Assembly (NCBI GenBank): GCA_019894975.1
Contig: JAGXNO010000007.1
Coordinates: 1 to 64,000, forward strand
Direction of reading: 5' to 3'
DNA: 64,000 nt
Source of the DNA: Promethearchaeota archaeon
GTDB taxonomy: Archaea > Asgardarchaeota > Lokiarchaeia > Sigyniarchaeales > SOKP01
Shown here in pieces: positions 58,206 through 64,000 of the stretch. The notes below the pieces were generated by a model. It saw only the letters and a list, made by a program, of their open reading frames with translations. It ran no database searches and was not told the DNA's origin. Both the position numbers and the translations under genes were made by a program. Within the stretch, counting starts at the first letter, position 1. Each line of letters opens with the position of its first letter.

Positions 58206-59483
58206 ATGAAAATATTATATCTCGAACTGCATAACTCTGGCATCTCTGGAGATATGCTTCTAGCATCTCTTTTGGGGATAGTTCCTGAACCAGAATTAGT
58301 TTTAGAAGAATTATGTAAATTAAAAGACTATTTATCAGGAGTATCTCAATTAAATATACGTTTAATAAAATTACCCCGATCAGGAATTCAACTGAATCAA
58401 TTACATATTGAAATTAAAGAGAATAGAGATCATAGATCTGCAGAAACACTTGTAAATTCACTAAATAAATATTTGAATGATAATTCTTTTTCTAATTCAG
58501 CTCAAAGGTTTGCTAATGATGTTTTAAACTCTTTAATTCAAGCAGAAGCAGAAGTACATGGTAAATTAGCTAGTAAAGTCCATTTACACGAGCTCAGTTC
58601 AATTGATACTTTAATAGATATTCTTGGTGTAACTAGTGTTCTAGATAAACTTAATGCTTTTGATAAAGAGTTTAAGTTTTATTGCAGTAAAATTCCTTTG
58701 GGAGGGGGAACAATTAAAACTGCTCACGGAATTCTATCTGTTCCCGCTCCAGCTACTTTAAAGATTTTAGAAAGGTCTAATCTAATTACTTTTGGTGGAC
58801 CAATAGAATCTGAATTAGTAACTCCTACGGGAATTGCTCTACTGGCAAATTTGAAACCTGAATTTCTAGAATTCCCTCCTGAAATGACGATTAAACAATC
58901 TGTCTATAGCACTGGCCAGAAAAAATTTAAAGAGTTTCAGAATATCTTACGGTTATTTTATGGTGAGTACAGTGAAATTAAACCTTATAATTCAACTCAC
59001 CCATTGAGAAAATATGTTGAAAAAGTATCGATTTTAGAAACTAATGTAGATGATGTTTCAGGAGAAATAATTGGTAATTTTTTCAACGAATTTAATAACG
59101 AAAAAGTCTTGGATTTGCAAGTAATCCCAAGCTTTTCAAAAAAAAATCGACCTAGTTATGCCATTAAAGTATTGTGCTATCCAAAAGATACGTTTGAATT
59201 AATTGAAAAAATGATACATGAGTTAGGTACTCTAGGTGTAAGATATTGTATAAACAACCGTGTATGTATAGATAGAATTATTGAAAAGAAAGTTATTGAA
59301 ATTGAAAGTAAAGAATATGAAGTAAATTTTAAGATTTCCTATATTAGCTTAGAAAACGGAAAAGAAATTGTAAATATTAAACCAGAGTATGAGGATATTA
59401 AAAAAATTAGTGAAAAATCAGGAATTCCCGCAAGAAGGATTCAATTCATACTAAATGCTAAGCTAAATGAACTTTATTATTGA
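58206..59483 (+). CDS. larC: nickel pincer cofactor nickel insertase LarC
   Basis: SGISGDM.L, AE..VHG, H.HE, HG...VPAPA, EL.TPTG, ETNVDD, KK.RP, KPEYED. Confidence 0.95.
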   Translation: MKILYLELHNSGISGDMLLASLLGIVPEPELVLEELCKLKDYLSGVSQLNIRLIKLPRSGIQLNQLHIEIKENRDHRSAETLVNSLNKYLNDNSFSNSAQRFANDVLNSLIQAEAEVHGKLASKVHLHELSSIDTLIDILGVTSVLDKLNAFDKEFKFYCSKIPLGGGTIKTAHGILSVPAPATLKILERSNLITFGGPIESELVTPTGIALLANLKPEFLEFPPEMTIKQSVYSTGQKKFKEFQNILRLFYGEYSEIKPYNSTHPLRKYVEKVSILETNVDDVSGEIIGNFFNEFNNEKVLDLQVIPSFSKKNRPSYAIKVLCYPKDTFELIEKMIHELGTLGVRYCINNRVCIDRIIEKKVIEIESKEYEVNFKISYISLENGKEIVNIKPEYEDIKKISEKSGIPARRIQFILNAKLNELYY

Positions 59484-59557
59484 TGGAATTTAGTTGTTCG
59501 GATATATAAAAAGAGAAAAAAAATTGGTTGTTAAATAAATTGTGACTCAATCCTACA

Positions 59558-60130
59558 TTAATACTTATCTACGTTAAACTTGTGTAATAGGTACTCATCT
59601 TCAACCATTTCTTTGATAAATTCTTTTAACCGATTGATTTCCTTTGTAATGTCTTTTACTTTTTTTAGTTTTCCTAAATCTTGAAAAATTTCTGAGGCTT
59701 CTTGAAAAGTCTCCACAGTGCTGTCATAGTTCCCAGAAACTTCAAGATCTTCAGCTAAAAATACTAACCCTTCAGCAGTCTCAACTTTTTTACCTAATTT
59801 CTTTTGAATCTTTAGTGATTGATAATGACATTTCATACTTTCAGTGTGATTTTTGAATATAGAATAAGTTCTTCCTAATGCTCTCAACACTAAAGCTTCT
59901 TGCTCGGGGAAGCTATTTTCTCTACAATATTCTAAAATAGCCTCTAAAAAGTTGATGTAATCTGATTTGTTTGTGATTTTTGTCCGATCCAGCCTTTCAA
60001 TTGCCTTTTCATAGTGATCTATGGTGTTATCGAGATCTTTATCTTCAAAAAATTTCTTAGATTTCTCGAATAGTTCTTGATGATCAATAGATGTGACCAT
60101 AGGGGTCTCAACTAATCTTTTGTTCTTCAC
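59558..60130 (-). CDS. tetratricopeptide repeat (TPR/SNAP-like) protein
   Basis: EA..L..LG..Y, Y..SL.I...LG, A..IF..LG repeats; true start may be ATG 60100. Confidence 0.75.
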   Translation of the reverse strand: MKNKRLVETPMVTSIDHQELFEKSKKFFEDKDLDNTIDHYEKAIERLDRTKITNKSDYINFLEAILEYCRENSFPEQEALVLRALGRTYSIFKNHTESMKCHYQSLKIQKKLGKKVETAEGLVFLAEDLEVSGNYDSTVETFQEASEIFQDLGKLKKVKDITKEINRLKEFIKEMVEDEYLLHKFNVDKY

Positions 60131-60296
60131 GAATTTTAGTTTTTATTTAGATAAAAATAAGTTCAATATTTATTATATTAATTTTAATATAAATACTTAT
60201 CTAGGTTAAATTTTATAACTAAAAATATTGAAAAGGGGTAAATATTTGGAATTTGTCCAATGGAGAATGGAAAATTCGAAAAAAAAAAATGAAAAA

Positions 60297-60959
60297 TTAA
60301 AAATTAATTATTCCCGCTACACCTAGTGGTAAGAAGATAATTAGTAAACCAATCCCTATACCATATATTATCCCAACTACTCGAACTTTAGATTTTCTAT
60401 CGGGTAAGTCATATACATAAAATGCTCCAACAAAGAAATGAAAATACCCCATTAAAAAAATCAGAACTGGATTATACCAATGCCACCAAACATATTCCCA
60501 GATTAAATAATCTCCTCGATTCAATAAGATTTCAACAAAAACAGAAAAAATTGTGAAACCAATTGCCATCGCCCAGCGATTTGGTAAACCTAGAATTTTT
60601 TTACTTTTATCCTCGGGTAAAAACTTTGCAAATACAATCCCTGCAATAGAGAACATAAAAGCAATTTCTATATTCCAGCCAATTAGGATTATATAGGCAC
60701 TCGCACCAGGTGTCGTCCAGAAAGCAGAATGATCAGAAAAAGCAAAAATCAAACCATTCCAGATTTCATTTATCAGATCTAAACCAAATAGAGTTAATCC
60801 CGCAAATATTGTGCTCCAATTTCCTGTATCTCTTGCACTTTTGATCTCCACTCCATAGATATATAAGACAAGTACAAGAAAGAGGACCACATACCAACCA
60901 AATTCAGGATTTAACTCTCGAAGTTTAGATAATGCTTCAAGTGAAGCTGCAGTTGCCAT
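60297..60959 (-). CDS. conserved-type hypothetical membrane protein (about 6 TM)
   Basis: Multi-TM; D..NE..N, GWNIEI.FMF, VE..LN residues. Confidence 0.65.
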   Translation of the reverse strand: MATAASLEALSKLRELNPEFGWYVVLFLVLVLYIYGVEIKSARDTGNWSTIFAGLTLFGLDLINEIWNGLIFAFSDHSAFWTTPGASAYIILIGWNIEIAFMFSIAGIVFAKFLPEDKSKKILGLPNRWAMAIGFTIFSVFVEILLNRGDYLIWEYVWWHWYNPVLIFLMGYFHFFVGAFYVYDLPDRKSKVRVVGIIYGIGIGLLIIFLPLGVAGIINF

Positions 60960-61110
60960 CTATTTCACTCAGATTTATTAGTAGTATTTTTTAATTAAAT
61001 ATGTGAAAATTAAACGTAAATCCTTATATAATTTTACTAATAAATTTTGGACTAAAAGGAGATGACTAAGGTCTCTTGAATTTTAAACTATCCGTAGAAT
61101 TAGCAGGTAA

Positions 61111-61890
61111 TTATTCTGCTATTTTATTTGAAATTATAGCTGCAGAAGCACCCGCACCGAATCCATTATCAATATTTACTACTAATAAACCAGGAGAGCA
61201 TGATTGTAGCATAGTAATCAGTGCCCCCTTTCCCTTTTCTCCCATGCCATATCCACTTGATATTGGAACACCTATAACTGGAACATCGACAAGAGCAGCA
61301 ACCAATCCAGGTAGAGTCCCTTCCATCCCTGCGCATACAATTATTACATGTACTCCCCGTTTTATCATTTCACTCAAGGGTGAAAATATGCGGTGGATGC
61401 CTGCAATACCTACGTCATAAGTAGTAATAACCTTGCATCCCATAACTTTAGCTATAACTTCAGCTTCAACAGCTATTGGTATATCTGAGCTTCCAGCAGT
61501 AATAATGCCTACGATCCCTTTCATCACGGGAAATTCATAAGATTTTTCTTTAATCACTAAAATCTTTCCAAGTTCACTAATATCTATTATATAATCTTCA
61601 GATTTCCCAAAAGTTTTATCAAGAAGGATCTTTTGGGCTTCATTGTATCGAGAGATTATAGCATATTGTTTACTCTGTAAGAACTTTCTAGTGATTTCAA
61701 GTACCATTTGGGTATCTTTATTTGGAGCGAATATGACTTCTGGCGTCCCCGTTCTTGTTCTACGGAAAATGTCCAACTTTGCTAAATCCCCTACTTCTTC
61801 TATATGATTAGCTCTAAGTAACTTTTCAGCTTCTTCTATAGAGATTTTTTTTTCAAGTAATTTCGTAAGAGTATCTTTAATGTTAGTCAT
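61111..61890 (-). CDS. larB: nickel pincer cofactor biosynthesis carboxylase/hydrolase LarB
   Basis: D..R..RTG.PEV, AGSSD..IA.EA, DVG.AG.HR, AGMEG.L, P.S.GYG, VVNIDNGFGA. Confidence 0.95.
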   Translation of the reverse strand: MTNIKDTLTKLLEKKISIEEAEKLLRANHIEEVGDLAKLDIFRRTRTGTPEVIFAPNKDTQMVLEITRKFLQSKQYAIISRYNEAQKILLDKTFGKSEDYIIDISELGKILVIKEKSYEFPVMKGIVGIITAGSSDIPIAVEAEVIAKVMGCKVITTYDVGIAGIHRIFSPLSEMIKRGVHVIIVCAGMEGTLPGLVAALVDVPVIGVPISSGYGMGEKGKGALITMLQSCSPGLLVVNIDNGFGAGASAAIISNKIAE

Positions 61891-62071
61891 AATTTATTTC
61901 AACAATTATTCATATTAAGAAAAGGTATACTATTTCGTATAATTAAGAGTCCTTCTATTTTGTATTTTTCTAAAATATGCCATCTAATTAGTTCCTAGTT
62001 TTTAAAAAAAGATAATAAGAAGTCAAAATAAATATTTCATGTTACTTTCTAAATAATAATCCTAAACTAAT

Positions 62072-63307
62072 GTGATGAAACAAATGAAAATAGATTATAC
62101 ATCTTATAAGGATGTGGACTTAAAGGGAAAAAAGATATTAATGCGTGTTGACATCAATTCTAATATTGACACAGATAAGATGGAAATAACAGATTCTCCT
62201 CGAATTCGAGTCCTTGCATCTGCTTTGAATAAACATTTCAAAAAAAGTGCTGTAATTATTTTAGCGCATCAATCACGTCCAGGAAGCGATGATTTTACGG
62301 ATTTGGATATACATGCAAAGGAAATTGAAAAATATCTTGGACGTCCTGTAAAGTTTGTTAAAGATATTTATGGTGAGCAAGCAATCCAAGCCATTAAAGA
62401 TCTCAAAAAAGGGGAAGTTTTGGTTCTAAACAATGTAAGGAAATTTGAAGGAGAAATGAAAAATTATAAAGATTTTTCCGAAGCTGAAAATACTGAAATG
62501 GTTAAGGCGCTGTTTCCTGTTGTTGATTATGTTATTGTTGATGCTTTTGGAGCAGCACATCGAGCTCACGCATCTATTGTAGGATGGCCCAAGATGCTGG
62601 CTGGACCAATAACCGATAAAGAATTAGATGCTTTGAAGAAGATTATGATGGAACCGGAAAAACCAATGGCTATGTTAATCGGAGGAGCGAAAGCTATAGA
62701 TAAATTTAAAGCTATGAAGTATAACTTCGATAATGAAAAGCTCGATTATGCTTTATGCTCGGGATTAACAGCTATTCTTATTTTTGAAGCGTTAGGGAAG
62801 AACATGGGAGAACCAAACCATAAAATAATAGCTGAAGATCTGGAAGCTAATAAAGAGATGATTATGGAAACATACCAAAAATATATGAATCAAATCATTC
62901 TTCCGGAAGATTTAATCATTGATGACAATGGAAATAGAAAAGTAATTGGAATTGATGAAGCTGGCACTTATAATACCACAACAGGAGATATAGGCCCTAA
63001 AACGGTAGATAAATTCAACGAAATTCTGATGAAGTGTAAAACAATTATTGCAAACGGTCCGCCAGGTATATTTGAAAAGGAAGTGTTTAGAAAATCGACA
63101 AATGAAATTATCGGTACAATGGTTACTGCTACAAAGAAGAATAAAGCCCTTACCATTATAGGCGGCGGTGAAATGGGTGCTGCTGCTTCAATGGCCGGAA
63201 AAGCTGATGATGTATCTTTCATCTCCACAGCCGGAGGAGCCATGTTAGAAATTCTTTCTGGAAAAGATTTACCCATGATTAGAGCCTTACGAGAAAAGAA
63301 AGTCTAA
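62072..63307 (+). CDS. pgk: phosphoglycerate kinase (archaeal type)
   Basis: RVD.N, AHQSRPG, DAFGAAHRAHAS, GGAK, NGP.G.FE, GGG, ST.GGA. Confidence 0.95.
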   Translation: MMKQMKIDYTSYKDVDLKGKKILMRVDINSNIDTDKMEITDSPRIRVLASALNKHFKKSAVIILAHQSRPGSDDFTDLDIHAKEIEKYLGRPVKFVKDIYGEQAIQAIKDLKKGEVLVLNNVRKFEGEMKNYKDFSEAENTEMVKALFPVVDYVIVDAFGAAHRAHASIVGWPKMLAGPITDKELDALKKIMMEPEKPMAMLIGGAKAIDKFKAMKYNFDNEKLDYALCSGLTAILIFEALGKNMGEPNHKIIAEDLEANKEMIMETYQKYMNQIILPEDLIIDDNGNRKVIGIDEAGTYNTTTGDIGPKTVDKFNEILMKCKTIIANGPPGIFEKEVFRKSTNEIIGTMVTATKKNKALTIIGGGEMGAAASMAGKADDVSFISTAGGAMLEILSGKDLPMIRALREKKV

Positions 63308-63408
63308 TTTCCTTAATTTTTTTTATTTTTTTAGATTCTATCAATTTCTCTGAAATTGGAATTTAAAAACACGATTTTTAATAAAATATTTATTTTTTGA
63401 TGAAATAA

Positions 63409-63416
63409 TTTATATA
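63409..63416 (+). promoter_or_regulatory. putative archaeal TATA box of the tRNA gene
   Basis: TTTATATA about 30 nt upstream of the mature tRNA 5' end, preceded by purine-rich GAAA (BRE-like). Confidence 0.5.
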
Positions 63417-63445
63417 ACTATTTAATTCAATATTTTTTGAATTAA

Positions 63446-63519
63446 GGGCCCGTGGTCTAGCCTGGTATGACGTCCGCTTGACGTGCGGAAGGTCGCGCGT
63501 TCAAACCGCGCCGGGCCCA
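63446..63519 (+). tRNA. tRNA-Val(GAC), no intron, CCA not encoded
   Basis: Cloverleaf: acceptor GGGCCCG/CGGGCCC, anticodon stem TCCGC/GCGGA with loop TTGACGT, T-arm GCGCG-TTCAAAC-CGCGC, discriminator A. Confidence 0.96.
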
Positions 63520-63547
63520 CTAAATAATTAAAAAAAGTAAGAAGAAG

Positions 63548-64000
63548 ATGCCAATAAGAGTACGGTGGAGATCAAAGGAATATATAGGGATTGGATTATT
63601 ATTGTTTGGTATGTGTGCTGTTCTACAGTTATTTTTAATAATTATTGGGCAGTACGCTTTAGGAATTGGTAATTATTTCGTGGTAATTTTAATTCCTATA
63701 GGGATGACGCTAGCAATATTCTATGCTGCAATGATTATTTTTGAAAGCTATGCTCAAGTCGAGAGAAGAGAAAAATTAAGAAGCCAATTTCGTAAATCAA
63801 AAGTAGACGTGTCAGGATTAAACCAATTTTTAAATTTTCCAATAACTAAACCATTAATTATCATATTTTTGGTATTCCTCCCTGTTTTCTTTATAAGTTT
63901 TTATATTTGTACTCTTTTTATGAATTCTACAATATCCTTTTTAACCGCTGAAAATATTAGCACTATAATTTGCCTTCTCATTGCTAATTTAATTGAAAAA
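63548..64000 (+). CDS. hypothetical membrane protein, runs off the window end
   Basis: Open frame from ATG 63548 (MPIRVRWRSKEYIGIGLLLFG...) with about 4 TM segments and no stop before 64000. Confidence 0.75.
   Translation, partial: MPIRVRWRSKEYIGIGLLLFGMCAVLQLFLIIIGQYALGIGNYFVVILIPIGMTLAIFYAAMIIFESYAQVERREKLRSQFRKSKVDVSGLNQFLNFPITKPLIIIFLVFLPVFFISFYICTLFMNSTISFLTAENISTIICLLIANLIEK

Noticed and set aside
58206-59483. Programmed frameshift in larC, as in split larC1/larC2 genes
   Set aside because: The gene is one continuous frame containing both domains
1-64000. Mobile elements, integrases, rRNA, defence islands
   Set aside because: No transposase/integrase motifs, terminal repeats, GC-rich structural RNA other than the tRNA, or att-like duplication of the tRNA 3' end were seen

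Overview
AT-rich (roughly 30% GC by eye), gene-dense archaeal chromosome segment, most consistent with an Asgard archaeon of the Lokiarchaeia. The evidence is archaeal uS15/eS1, an archaeal-type PGK, an intron-less tRNA-Val(GAC), longin/roadblock-like proteins, a PCI-like tail and expanded acyl-CoA/lipid metabolism genes. Contents in order: acyl-CoA dehydrogenase-etfB-(ferredoxin)etfA; iorBA plus an ADP-forming acyl-CoA synthetase; tauE; a small ubiquitin-fold protein without di-Gly; purU; a UbiA-family gene; an AAA+/HExxH-vWA/His-phosphatase operon; a lipid-scavenging-like cluster (3 alpha/beta hydrolases, one frameshifted; MFS; LbH membrane protein; acyl-CoA synthetase; 2 GDPDs; SCP2); a truncated TFS/RPB9-like protein; bacterial-type RNase III; a 16-kb five-gene cell-surface operon; rdgB, uS15, eS1, an AidB-like dehydrogenase, glmU, two longin-type proteins, Sir2, a radical SAM enzyme, rubrerythrin, an alpha3-truncated histone, nikR, larC/larB, pgk and tRNA-Val. 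The best candidate for an undescribed system is the 28.3-44.3 kb operon: a MacB/LolD-type ATPase with extra N- and C-terminal domains, two internally duplicated FtsX-type permeases, a 1306-aa membrane-anchored Ig-repeat protein and a 1610-aa membrane-anchored subtilase with a cytoplasmic zinc-ribbon tail. Other leads are the GG-less ubiquitin-like protein, a short Y..T.K...GEI[ST]..[FY]..W module shared by two unrelated ATPases, and the AAA+/vWA pair. No CRISPR array, rRNA or mobile element was seen. All assignments come from motif recognition by eye; no database searches were run.
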